Below are positions 7,033 to 16,640 of a DNA stretch of 20,000 nucleotides, piece by piece. The notes beneath the pieces are model-generated. The model searched no databases, was not told the origin of the DNA, and saw nothing but the letters and a program-made list of their open reading frames with translations. The stretch is from an uncultured virus (IMG/VR IMGVR_UViG_2061766007_000951). Taxonomy: Duplodnaviria; Heunggongvirae; Uroviricota; Caudoviricetes. Every line of letters begins with the position of its first letter. Positions within the stretch are counted from its first letter, which is position 1. The DNA is taken from the IMG/VR virus record IMGVR_UViG_2061766007_000951; one strand, written 5' to 3'. Position numbers and translations under genes: made by a program.

Positions 7033-7290
7033 ATATCCTCAAAAAAAACAACAGGCGTTTACAGCGGTACTGGTCATAACCAACCGCATCGCCTGCATTA
7101 TTCGCCTTTTACGGCAAGGTTGCAGTTTCCTTCGCATCACGCGCGGACTAAAAAGCCCTGATTGCGTATGATTCAAATCGGGGACGGACATAATTGTTCG
7201 TATTGCTCGCATTGTTGTAGTTCGCATTGCCGTTGTTGTTCACATTGGCGAAATTGGAACTCGACGCGACTTTATAAACTGCCGCCTTCT
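7033..7290 (-). ncRNA. Predicted DGR RNA (avd 3' end + TR + structured spacer)
   Basis: Spacer hairpins GGGCU/AGUCC, GCC/GGC and CAGGCG...CGCCUG (with an inner GCGGU/ACCGC). Long-range pairing of 7288-7276 with 7128-7116. Confidence 0.6.
7175..7270 (-). repeat. DGR template repeat (TR)
   Basis: 96 nt, rich in AAC/AAT codons; aligns ungapped to VR 7939-8034. Of 20 mismatches, 19 are at TR adenines and the other is the terminal base. Confidence 0.97.
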
Positions 7291-7844
7291 TTATCACGTT
7301 TTAATTTTTCTGCCATCTTCCTGCGCGACTTGTTGTCGCTCTGCCTCCAGCCCTTCAAAAGATGTTCTTCTTTCTCAAGGGAATCAAGCAGCTTGTCAAA
7401 ATAGTTGAGATTCTGTGGGAGCAGTCTCTCAATATATTCAAGCTCGTAGAACAGATGGCGCACTGCTGCAATGGCTTCATTCTGGCAGAATCTTCTCTGC
7501 TCCCACTCGGCCATTATAGCAGGATAAATACTGTTTGCGGCAACGATTCCTGATACCATTTTCCACATTGTCTCAATTATGATTTTGCGCTCGGCATCTA
7601 TAAACCATTGCGGATATTCGCAAACAAATTCTTTATTTAATCCTTTTCCGTGCTTTTCAAAAATGTCATTGATGATTTTTGTTTCTTCAGGCGTTGCATC
7701 TTTAATTGTATGCGCAATGTTTTTAGGATGCTTCTTTTCGCCAAAATCACGCATTAACCAGCGAGTTATCTCAAGCCTTATGTTTATGGCGTTTTTGTAA
7801 AACTCCATATCGCTTAATTTTCGCAGATTTTTAATTACTGACAT
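7272..7844 (-). CDS. avd: DGR accessory variability determinant (Avd-like four-helix bundle)
   Basis: MSVIKNLRKLSDMEFY...IVAANSIYP...RRFCQNEAI...EEHLLKGWRQSD; lies between target and TR. The AGGAG SD favours ATG 7844 over TTG 7850. Confidence 0.85.
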   Translation of the reverse strand: MSVIKNLRKLSDMEFYKNAINIRLEITRWLMRDFGEKKHPKNIAHTIKDATPEETKIINDIFEKHGKGLNKEFVCEYPQWFIDAERKIIIETMWKMVSGIVAANSIYPAIMAEWEQRRFCQNEAIAAVRHLFYELEYIERLLPQNLNYFDKLLDSLEKEEHLLKGWRQSDNKSRRKMAEKLKRDKEGGSL

Positions 7845-7869
7845 TTTCAACTCCTATAACGTAATCTGT

Positions 7870-7926
7870 CGCCCACCGCACCCACAAGGGGTGCGGATTA
7901 GGGCGCCGCTTCGGGCATTCGCCCTA
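7870..7926 (-). promoter_or_regulatory. GC-rich hairpins downstream of VR (DGR homing/target-recognition element)
   Basis: CCGCACCC-ACAAG-GGGTGCGG (7876-7896, 8-bp stem) and TAGGGCG...CGCCCTA (7899-7926). Confidence 0.75.
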
Positions 7927-9261
7927 CGCTCCGATTACGAAGCGGGGACGGACACAATAGCCCGCATAGCTCGCAATGTCGCAGGCCGCAAAGCCGTTGT
8001 TGCTCACACCGGCGAAAAGGGAACTCGACGCGACATCGCGCAGCCAGTAATACGACTTTCTGTTATTGATTGCCATTGTCGAGAAGGCAAACAGCGGCAG
8101 ACGTGTCTTTCCAGTTCCTGTGTCGTATCCTGAAGAACTCCAGACAACAGAGCCGTAAACTTCAACTTCTGTCATAAGACAAGCCTGTACGTTGTTCCAT
8201 GCCCATGAAGAAGATGCGCCTTTTTCAGAATGTAAGCGGTTTTCGTAGGTTGTGGTCACGACAGTCGATACCAGCTCATTACAGGTTTTAAGATGACTTC
8301 CAAATTCCGCATAAAGCTGCTGGTTTATGGTTGCGCCGCTTGCAGTTGAGCCGGAAGAAACAACCGAGCCCAGAGTAGACGATGCCATTTCGGAACCCCA
8401 ATAACCGCCGCTTGTCGTGTTGCTGGAGTTCATTCGTTTTCGTCCAAAATGATTTTTTTCTGTAGGATCTGCGCCTTTTCCCGGGATAAGAACCAGATGA
8501 TGTTTTCCACTTACAGGGTTTAAGCAGTCGTTGTCGCCTTCCGGGAAGGTTGAACCGTTGCCCATGAGAGTGTCAATGCCGGCAATGGTGACCCACGCTG
8601 TTCCGGTTTCTGCATACTGACTGTCCTGATTTGGCGCAGAAATTGCCCGCGACATCTGGAAGTAGTCTCCGACATAAATATCTTCTAAAACAGAATAGCC
8701 GTCGGTACCGTTCAGACGCTTCCACAAAGTGCCGTCGCTGTAATATTCTGTGATGTTCTTACCAAGTACACCGTTTATAAAGCGCGGTACATTGTGGTCC
8801 TGCTCCATAAAGGCATTTTCTTCAAGCAGAAGCCATTTCTGGTGGCGCACACTCGAAACTGTAATGTCGATGTATTTAAGGTGCACCCAGCTGTTTGGTC
8901 TGCAGGCCCCTACAAGATTGCCCGAAAGTGAAGCAATAGGAAAGGTGCCCGTTCCTGCAAAGTTTAAGGTTGGAGCTGTGTTTGTGTTTCCGTTTACAAA
9001 GAAAACTAAAACCTCGCGCCCCGTAAGTAAAGTAAAGTCAGGACAGCTCTCTGCAGAAAGCGTTGCCTCCTTGCCCTCTGTTGCGGCAGCTGTCGTACAG
9101 ATGGCAATAGGAACCGACTGCAGCACCGCTTTTGAAACACCCTTGTCTGCATCATCTGCAGTGCCGGGCTTGTGCCTTGTCTGAAACATATCACTGTCGC
9201 TCAAACTAAGCAGCGACAACCGCTCCGACGATGTAGCACCTTTGAATCTTGTGTTTGACAT
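7924..9261 (-). CDS. DGR target: putative tail fibre / receptor-binding protein with a C-terminal CLec-like variable domain
   Basis: 445 aa ending YWLRDVASSSLFAGVSNNGFAACDIASYAGYCVRPRFVIGA; directly follows the tail tip gene. Confidence 0.85.
   Translation of the reverse strand: MSNTRFKGATSSERLSLLSLSDSDMFQTRHKPGTADDADKGVSKAVLQSVPIAICTTAAATEGKEATLSAESCPDFTLLTGREVLVFFVNGNTNTAPTLNFAGTGTFPIASLSGNLVGACRPNSWVHLKYIDITVSSVRHQKWLLLEENAFMEQDHNVPRFINGVLGKNITEYYSDGTLWKRLNGTDGYSVLEDIYVGDYFQMSRAISAPNQDSQYAETGTAWVTIAGIDTLMGNGSTFPEGDNDCLNPVSGKHHLVLIPGKGADPTEKNHFGRKRMNSSNTTSGGYWGSEMASSTLGSVVSSGSTASGATINQQLYAEFGSHLKTCNELVSTVVTTTYENRLHSEKGASSSWAWNNVQACLMTEVEVYGSVVWSSSGYDTGTGKTRLPLFAFSTMAINNRKSYYWLRDVASSSLFAGVSNNGFAACDIASYAGYCVRPRFVIGA
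7939..8034 (-). repeat. DGR variable repeat (VR) with a 3' IMH-like end
   Basis: Matches the TR with adenine-specific substitutions; ends GTCCGTCCCCGCTTC versus TR GTCCGTCCCCGATTT. Confidence 0.97.
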
Positions 9262-9282
9262 ATTTTATCTCCTTATTAAAAA

Positions 9283-12200
9283 TTATTCCCATCCTGATGT
9301 AAATATTTTCAAATTGAAAACTTTATAATGGCGTTGATATCCACTTGTTAAGCTATTTGTTATTGTTATTATTTTTTCATCATCGATTGTCTGTTGATAC
9401 AACAAAGAATCTCCTGCTAATTTTGTCAATAACAAAGAGCTTCTATCCTGACATTCTATTCTACCAAGCCAAGCATCTAATTGATTGTTGTAAGCATAAA
9501 AATATACAGCTTTTTTATCATAAACAGGACAGATTACTCTGAATGGATCAGAGCCATACGATTTCACTGTATCACCTTCAAAAACAACAAGAAGCCCTGC
9601 GATTGTCTCTATATCATCCAGTTCAACAGTGCTGAAAGAAGAACTAGACGAAAACAAACCCTCTGCAATAAGTTGGCCTAAACCAGCGGCAAATCTTCCC
9701 TGATTTGCTTCAATAGTTCCATCTGCAGAAATATTAAAACCATAATGAGAACCTTGTGCCCAATCTTCGCTATGTATACTTCCTCCTTCTGGTACTATAA
9801 TTTCATTTGCAAAAAGCTTGTTTATAAAAGCCTCATTAGCAACAAGATTTTCAATAAAAGCCTCATTAGCAACAAGCCTATCCGTAAAAATCTGATTACT
9901 TGTAAGATGATCCAAATAAGCATACGCCCTTGAGTTGTTCTTCTGAAGGTCTGCCTGGGCAATGTTGAGAATATCACCCATAGCAATGTTATTATGTCCG
10001 ATGTCTGTATCTTCTTCCCACTGCCATTCTTTGGCGGTACCTATAAACTTGTAGAGCCTGCCCGGTAAGAATTCGCCGGTAATAGACAGGCTGGATTCTG
10101 TCTGACTGCCGCTCCATACAAAATAATCGTTGATGGAAAGCAAAGCCGGAATATCCTCTACTGCAGAAATAGGACCTAAGAAAGCGCCCTCTGCAAAAGT
10201 GTAATAAGTAAACCATAAGTCGTAAGAATAAGGTGTAGAAGAAATCTGCTGGTCGATGTAGTTGTTGTTGTTCTGGTCCTGATATTCGTTGCCTTCTTCA
10301 TCCTCGTATTGTTCGTAAGCAACAACAGGGCTGTAATAAACCGGAATCTTAAAGCGTCCAGGTTTTACGATATTTCCCTGTCTTATAAAGAAAATAATCT
10401 TATGCCCGATAACTTCATACTCCCAGCCGGCAGGAAGATTTATCTCACCGATAGAAAAATCGCGATCTTCAAGGCCCTGTTTTACGCTTATTGTTGTTTC
10501 TATGCGCTGCGGTAAAACTGCGCGTCCGTTTTCGTCTGTATTGACTACGGCATTAAGAACATCTGCAGAAACATCTACAGGAGCAACAGCGCCATAAAGT
10601 TCTACAAGTTCGTTCTGCAGCGTGTTTATCTGTTCGCGCAGGCGGTTCAGATCGTTTAAGGTTGCGTTGCGGTTGTTTGCCTGTGGCTTCGTGAGGTTTG
10701 TCTTATAGGTTGGAATTGTGCCGTACTGGTAAATTGCTTCGTTGTAATCTTTAAGGGTTAAAGTCATTCCGCCGTTCTGGTTTGGCTCTATACCGTAGAT
10801 TTTCATTGTGTTTGTAATCTTGGTAAAGTGTCCGCCGTTATCCAGAAGTCCAAAAGACAGATGGTTGCCGATTTCCGGCTTTGCATGATAAGCAGAAACA
10901 GTAAGAGGCGTTGTAAAGATAAGCGAGCGGGTCTGTGTTTCATCTTCTCCCAGATCTCCCTCAACTTCTGCACTGAAAAGCGCAAATCCGTAGTCGTTTG
11001 TGCCCTGAATGATTACGCCGTAGCGCTCGTTTTCGTCAAACTCTACGACATCCTGAATTGTAATCTTTGTTATCTGATTCTGGTCGTTATAAGTGATGCT
11101 TGAAATGATGCTTGAGCGCAAGCCCTGCAAAAGCTGTGGAACCTGCAGCAATACAGTAGAGTAGAGCGGATAATAGTCGCCTTCGCTTCCTACGTCTACT
11201 TTAATTTCACGTGGCTGGAGCTGGGACTGTCTAAGCATTCGTTGTGCAATTTTATAAGCATGGTTATATTCTGTAATATAATCAAACGCAGCTTCGGTCA
11301 CCGTGTCGCTCTGGTAGTCATAAGAACCGCCGTCGAGCATGGAATAGAATGTATCTATCTGCCAGCTGTAGCGGTTTGTAAAGGTAATTTTCATTCCGTC
11401 AGGCTTACGCTGCATGCTTTTTGAATAGGTCATGCTTGCAATGTTTTCGGCATTCAGAAGGGCAACAGGTGTTGTCTCTTCTTTGTCTATGCACACTTCG
11501 AGCAGGCCTTCCTGATTTATGATAAGGGTTGAATTACAGATAGACAAAAGCTTTTCGATAAGGTTTTTCTTGCTTATGGATTCTGTTAAGATGCCGTCGC
11601 AATTAAAGCCTTCTGTATCGCAGTAGTCGTACAATGCCCCGAAAGATGAAAGGTCTATTTCATCCATGTCAAACTTGCTGGGCTCATGTACAGAGCTTGT
11701 AAGGATTTCCAAAATCCAAGATGCAATATTTCTTGTAGGTGTTTTTGATTCGCTCCAGTCGGTACCGTCCCAGGTGCGTGCATATCCCTGCGACATACAG
11801 TGCAATTCGTCGAGCATTCCTTCTGTGTTGTCGTTTGCAACAATTCTGTAGCCTACGCGTGTACATTTGTTAAAAAGCTCTTCTTCTACAAGGCTGCAGG
11901 CAACAAGAGAATTTGCGCTGGACTTTGCAGCATCATAACAGAAAGTCTGATACCAGAGGAGCATACAGTCCTCCTGGCTGTTCTTTTCCATTTTTGGAGT
12001 TGCCTTTTCAAGCTTTATGGAAATTGTCTTGCCATAGCTTTCTGCAGCTGTAAAAGTCTTTTCGGCAACAAAGCGGATTGTGTGGTTTACATTTCGTGTA
12101 ATAACATTGTTTTCTGTAAAGTAGAAAAGATGCCAGGTATTGCCGCCGTCATTACTCCAGTAAGGATTTACGGTGACGGAGCGAGCCTCCCATGCTTCTG

Positions 12201-13056
12201 CTTCTGTGTTATACTGTCGCAATGAGTTGAACTGAATACAAACCTGAATCTTCATTGCGTTATCGGCTGCCTGTACGATAACAGGCTCTGCATCCTGTCC
12301 GAATTCATGCTTTACTTCACTTCCGGCATAAGTAGAACTTACCTTCTGGTTAAAGCCCGGTAAAGTCATATTTACACCCGGCTGTCTTACTTCTACTTTG
12401 TTTGCCTGTCTTGAATCGTAATAAAGGGAATCTGAATCGAAATTCTGCTCACCGCTTATGCCGTTTGCATTGCTTGCAATACGTTCGTTTCCGATAAACA
12501 TTTCGGTAATTTTCTGTGAACCGTAGCCGGCAGAAAAGGCAGCGTTATAAAAACTGAATATTCCGTCCTCTCCGCTTTCTGAACCGTTTTGAATAGAGAA
12601 AAATCCGTCTGTAAGGTTGTAAGGCGTATTGTAAACCGAGCCCATAACAAACTGCACGGGATTTCCAAGCGCCTTTTTATTTTTGGCACCGCGTACAAAA
12701 GGAAGCTGCTGGACCTGCTGAGCAAGGTTCTGCGCGTTCCTCTGTGCCTTTTCCATTTCTTCCTGCGCTTCTTTAGACTTCTGGTCTGCATAAGCTGCAA
12801 CGCCGACTGCCGTACCGACAGCAATAACAGTTGCCGTAATTGCAATAATAGCAATGGTTGTTGCCGCCTTTGGAACCTTGCGCACATAAAGAACATCATC
12901 CGGCTGGACTATATAAGAACCGTCTATGCGGTTGCCGGCTTTAAGGCACAATGAATGAGAAAAATTGATGTCAGGAAAAATATCTTTAAGCCTTCCGTTG
13001 GCGGTAATTTCTTCATGCTTTGCGTTTAATGTGTTGTAGACGTTAATTGTTCCCAT
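9283..13056 (-). CDS. Tail tip / host specificity protein (lambda J-like)
   Basis: 1257 aa; follows the NlpC/P60 gene; contains TPTRNIASWILEIL and YDYCDTEGFNCDG segments typical of J-like tip proteins. Confidence 0.75.
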   Translation of the reverse strand: MGTINVYNTLNAKHEEITANGRLKDIFPDINFSHSLCLKAGNRIDGSYIVQPDDVLYVRKVPKAATTIAIIAITATVIAVGTAVGVAAYADQKSKEAQEEMEKAQRNAQNLAQQVQQLPFVRGAKNKKALGNPVQFVMGSVYNTPYNLTDGFFSIQNGSESGEDGIFSFYNAAFSAGYGSQKITEMFIGNERIASNANGISGEQNFDSDSLYYDSRQANKVEVRQPGVNMTLPGFNQKVSSTYAGSEVKHEFGQDAEPVIVQAADNAMKIQVCIQFNSLRQYNTEAEAWEARSVTVNPYWSNDGGNTWHLFYFTENNVITRNVNHTIRFVAEKTFTAAESYGKTISIKLEKATPKMEKNSQEDCMLLWYQTFCYDAAKSSANSLVACSLVEEELFNKCTRVGYRIVANDNTEGMLDELHCMSQGYARTWDGTDWSESKTPTRNIASWILEILTSSVHEPSKFDMDEIDLSSFGALYDYCDTEGFNCDGILTESISKKNLIEKLLSICNSTLIINQEGLLEVCIDKEETTPVALLNAENIASMTYSKSMQRKPDGMKITFTNRYSWQIDTFYSMLDGGSYDYQSDTVTEAAFDYITEYNHAYKIAQRMLRQSQLQPREIKVDVGSEGDYYPLYSTVLLQVPQLLQGLRSSIISSITYNDQNQITKITIQDVVEFDENERYGVIIQGTNDYGFALFSAEVEGDLGEDETQTRSLIFTTPLTVSAYHAKPEIGNHLSFGLLDNGGHFTKITNTMKIYGIEPNQNGGMTLTLKDYNEAIYQYGTIPTYKTNLTKPQANNRNATLNDLNRLREQINTLQNELVELYGAVAPVDVSADVLNAVVNTDENGRAVLPQRIETTISVKQGLEDRDFSIGEINLPAGWEYEVIGHKIIFFIRQGNIVKPGRFKIPVYYSPVVAYEQYEDEEGNEYQDQNNNNYIDQQISSTPYSYDLWFTYYTFAEGAFLGPISAVEDIPALLSINDYFVWSGSQTESSLSITGEFLPGRLYKFIGTAKEWQWEEDTDIGHNNIAMGDILNIAQADLQKNNSRAYAYLDHLTSNQIFTDRLVANEAFIENLVANEAFINKLFANEIIVPEGGSIHSEDWAQGSHYGFNISADGTIEANQGRFAAGLGQLIAEGLFSSSSSFSTVELDDIETIAGLLVVFEGDTVKSYGSDPFRVICPVYDKKAVYFYAYNNQLDAWLGRIECQDRSSLLLTKLAGDSLLYQQTIDDEKIITITNSLTSGYQRHYKVFNLKIFTSGWE

Positions 13057-13411
13057 TTTGGACCTCGTATAAGTTTTGAATAATCTTTGGATTGATTAAG
13101 GAAATGCGCACTCCCTGATTTGTTGTTGCATGAATCATCCGCTTGTTATCAAGGGCAAAGGCAATATGCAGCTCGCTGTTGCTGTGCATTTCGATTATCG
13201 TTCCTGTTTTAATAATGTCAGTTTTTTTGACGTTGAGGGTCGGTGCTTTTTCACCGGCAAGTTTAATGTCGTGGTTTTCGTAGATTACATCATCAAGATG
13301 ATTTCCCAGCCGCTTTTCACATTCAATTACAAGTCCGTAGCAGTCAAACCCGTTCCGGTCCCTTCCGTTTTCTTTATAAGGAACTCCTATAAGGTCTGAA
13401 ACATCTATCAT
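13043..13411 (-). CDS. NlpC/P60-family tail assembly protein (lambda K-like)
   Basis: LIGVPYKENGRD..GFDCYGLV...HIAF...MIHAT, carrying the Cys-His-His motif. Confidence 0.85.
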   Translation of the reverse strand: MIDVSDLIGVPYKENGRDRNGFDCYGLVIECEKRLGNHLDDVIYENHDIKLAGEKAPTLNVKKTDIIKTGTIIEMHSNSELHIAFALDNKRMIHATTNQGVRISLINPKIIQNLYEVQNGNN

Positions 13412-13860
13412 GCGCCGCCTCGGTTTGAATCCGTATCGTATTTGTAAACATTAAAAACCATGTTCAGGCGCCCGTCGTTTTCAAGATTGAATTCCAGCTG
13501 GTTGTTGTCTCCGAGTGAAACAGATCCGTAGAAATGGCGGTAAGACTTGAGCTCTTCAACACTTCCCCCGTTCAATATACCTATGACTTCCATTGAGTAG
13601 CGGCAGTCTGCATTTTCTACCCATTCAAAAACATCGGGATTATCGACAATAGAAATTGAAAGGTTTCCGGCTTCACCCTGATTGTTTGGTTTTGTGTAAT
13701 CAAAACTGGATGCTTTGTAAGTCTGCTCTTCAAAAACTACATCTTCGTTATTGTTTACAAAGCGCAGTGTTCCGGCGGTTGGATGAGAAAGCTTTATAAG
13801 GTACTGTTTGGCGTAGTTGCCGCCTTCAAACAAAAGGCGGTAGATTTGTGATGCTGTCAT
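13408..13860 (-). CDS. Minor tail protein (lambda L / DUF1833-like position)
   Basis: LIKLSHP...LRFVNNNEDV...YKASSFDY...LSISIVDN; synteny between the M-like and K-like genes. Confidence 0.6.
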   Translation of the reverse strand: MTASQIYRLLFEGGNYAKQYLIKLSHPTAGTLRFVNNNEDVVFEEQTYKASSFDYTKPNNQGEAGNLSISIVDNPDVFEWVENADCRYSMEVIGILNGGSVEELKSYRHFYGSVSLGDNNQLEFNLENDGRLNMVFNVYKYDTDSNRGGA

Positions 13861-14199
13861 TTACACTTCCTCTATGTTCATTGAAAGTACGCGTGTCGTC
13901 TGGTCCGTATCTTCGGGCGACGGAATATCTGAAAATCTGTAAACACCGTTTCCAAGGCCGGAGCATGTAAAACAGCCGGATGTCTGTCCGAGTACATCAT
14001 TGAACCAGGTCCAGAAAAGAGCAAGTTCTGAATGAGTAAAGAAAAGCCGACACTTCCATTTCATGAGCTTTTTTGTGTTTACCTGCCAGGCAACGCGGCG
14101 GCCCGACATATAAGAGATTTCTTCTGTATTTGCAATAGGCTGATTATTTGCCCCGAAAAACTTTGAATTAACGCCAGTAGGCCATGTATGTACAGTCAT
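13861..14199 (-). CDS. Distal tail protein (lambda M-like)
   Basis: 112 aa directly after the tape measure gene; N-terminal WP, FWTWFND segment and C-terminal IEEV. Confidence 0.55.
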   Translation of the reverse strand: MTVHTWPTGVNSKFFGANNQPIANTEEISYMSGRRVAWQVNTKKLMKWKCRLFFTHSELALFWTWFNDVLGQTSGCFTCSGLGNGVYRFSDIPSPEDTDQTTRVLSMNIEEV

Positions 14200-14208
14200 T
14201 GCTTCCTC

Positions 14209-16595
14209 CTAAAAATAACTTATACCGCTGTTTTTATTGTTTCCTACTGCCATTGACTGCGAGTAGTCTCCGTTTTCCATCTGGGCGCGCACAATATCGC
14301 GGATGATAATCTGCAGCCCTTTTGGAGACATCTGTGCACTTGCACTCACTTTGTCGGATGCAGTATTTTCTATGGTCACCGGCATGTTTACAGTTGCGCC
14401 TCCGCGTCCGCCTCCGTTGGCAGCTTCCCAGAGTGCACGCTGTTGCTGTGCGTTCAAAATCATTTCGCCGGTGCGTGCATGAACATAAGTGTTATCGCCT
14501 CCAGCTGTTGCTCCATTCAAACCGCCAACAACACCACCCTGTGCAAAGGCCGGAGGTTTTGGGCGCGATGCGGTTATAGATGCAATTTGTACTGCGCCAG
14601 CGGCTGCAACAAGCGCACCTGTGATAATTCCGGCAATTCCGCCCTGTGCAATAGCCTTAGAGATACCTTCTGCAATGTTTGCAGTTGCCTGCAGGATGCT
14701 TACATTCCATTCCCACATTTTGACTTTGTATTCTTCCTGGGCGGCTTTGCGTTCTATCTGCTTTTTCTTTTCGCAGNNNNNNNNNNCTCTTCGTTGCGCT
14801 CCTGTTCGTTATTCTGACGGGCAAGAGCGGTGATGTCTTTTGAAATGCCGGCAAACTGTTCAATATAACTCTGTATTTGAGAAATAGTGTCTGCAATAGC
14901 ATCTTTCTGTTCCTGCAAAGCTTTCTTCTGTGCTTCAAGAGATTTCTGCTTTGCTGCATCTTCTTCTTCTGCAATCTTTTCGTTTATGTTCAGAAGAGCA
15001 AAACGCAGGCGTTCTTTTATTTCAATTTCTTCATCTGTAAGCTCACCCTTAGAATCAAGGTAAGTCATGTAATCCATGAGAGCTTCTTTCTGCATGGCAA
15101 GAGTTTCCTCTTCTGTAATCTGCCATGCTTCCATAAGGTCCTTAGAATGCTTCCAGACGTCCTCGGTTGTTTTTGCCTGTTCTGCCCACTTTTCAATCTG
15201 TGCAAGCTGTCCTGTCTCACCGGCCCATATACCTGTTGATGTAAGAGAGCGGTCAAAAGCCGGATCGGAATACATGTTTATATAAGCCTGTGTTGCAGCG
15301 TTCAACAAAAGCTGTGCTTCTGTCTCTTCGCTGATTTCTTCTCCAAGAGTGCGGCGGTTGTTTATCTGTTCCTGTGTTTTGCGTAAAGTTTCTGCATAAT
15401 CTTCGCGCAGTTTGTTTCTTCGCTCAAGCAGGGCGTTTGCTTCTGCTTCTTTTTTTGCCTGTTCTTCTGCTGCTTCTGCTTCAAGCTGTGCGGCTGTTTT
15501 CTGTGCATTTATCTTAAGCTGGAGCTCGCGTCGTTCTTCACGTCTTGCAGTCAGGAGCTTGCTCTGTTCAGATATTTCATTCTGGATGCGCTCGATTTCT
15601 TTATCGACATCAAAAGTACCGCCGGATGTTCTTTTAAGCTGAAGCTTTGCAGCATCCGTCATATTCTGATAACTGTGAAGAGTTTCGTAGTAGTTGTCTA
15701 TCTTTTCCTGCAGTCCGTCTATTTCTTTTGTGAGTGTTTCAATAGTCTGCTTTGCCGGGTCTGTGTTTGCTTCTACAGCTTCTTCGTATTCACGCTTAGC
15801 TTTCTTTGCATCGGCCCAGCCCTGGATAAGCTCTGTAAAGAACCGGCGCATAGGTGCAAGCTTCTTTTCAAAAGTTGCTCCGACTTCTTCTTTGTAGTCA
15901 GACATTGCGTTTTTGAGCTGTTCTGTAGAACCTGTTGCCTTTGCAGTTTCTTCTGACATGCCTTTGAACTTTTCGGCAACAATATCAATGGCTTTTCCGC
16001 TTTCAAGCTCTTCTTTTGTAAGTCCTTTTAATTCTGCTATCTGGTTTCCAAGCTGTCCTGTTGAACCGGAAAAAGTTTTATTGAGCGCGGTCACTGCAGA
16101 ATCAAGCGACATCATGCCGGATGCAGAAACATCAAGCGCAGCGCTCATTATGTTCTGAATTTCTTCCTGTGTACGTCCTGCGCTTGCAAGCTGTGCCATC
16201 ATCGGCAGAAGCTGTTCGTCTCCAACTGTAGAAATACGCTGCAACTGTGAGGCGTAGTTCTTAAGCTGCATAACAGAGCCGTCATCAAGATAAGGATTGT
16301 TTCTTGCAGCAACCTCAAGCTGTTTTTCGGCGGTTGCCTGTACGCGGTATAATTCTGTTGTTTCTTTTATAGCTTCGTTTGCCTTTTTAATAGCGGTCAC
16401 CGCAACACCGACAGCTGCGCCTACCGCTCCAAAAGATTTTACAGCGCCCGTTATGGCACCGTTAAGACGCTTTAAGCCTGAAAGGTTCTGATTATTGTTT
16501 TTCGAGAATTCATTTATCTTTTTGCTTACTTTATCTAAGCCCGTTTCGGCATCTTTTGTATCCGATGTTATTTTTATGGTTGCCTTTTTACTCAT
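14209..16595 (-). CDS. Tail tape measure protein (interrupted by an assembly gap at 14777-14786)
   Basis: Long Ala/Lys/Glu-rich helical ORF. After the Ns the frame CEKKKQIERKAAQEEYKVKMWEWNV runs into the 14209..14718 ORF, which has the FAQGGVV...GEMILNAQQQ motif of TMP C-termini. Confidence 0.85.
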
Positions 16596-16640
16596 CGTCT
16601 GTTCCTTGCTTTATAATAAAGTCAGTTAAGAAGAAAAGAG

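Noticed and set aside
7039..7227. 62-aa ORF over the TR and spacer
   Set aside because: It has no convincing start or SD, and the region is explained as DGR RNA.
14754..14790. Apparent frameshift or split of the tape measure gene
   Set aside because: It coincides with a 10-N scaffold gap of unknown true length, and the frames are open on both sides.
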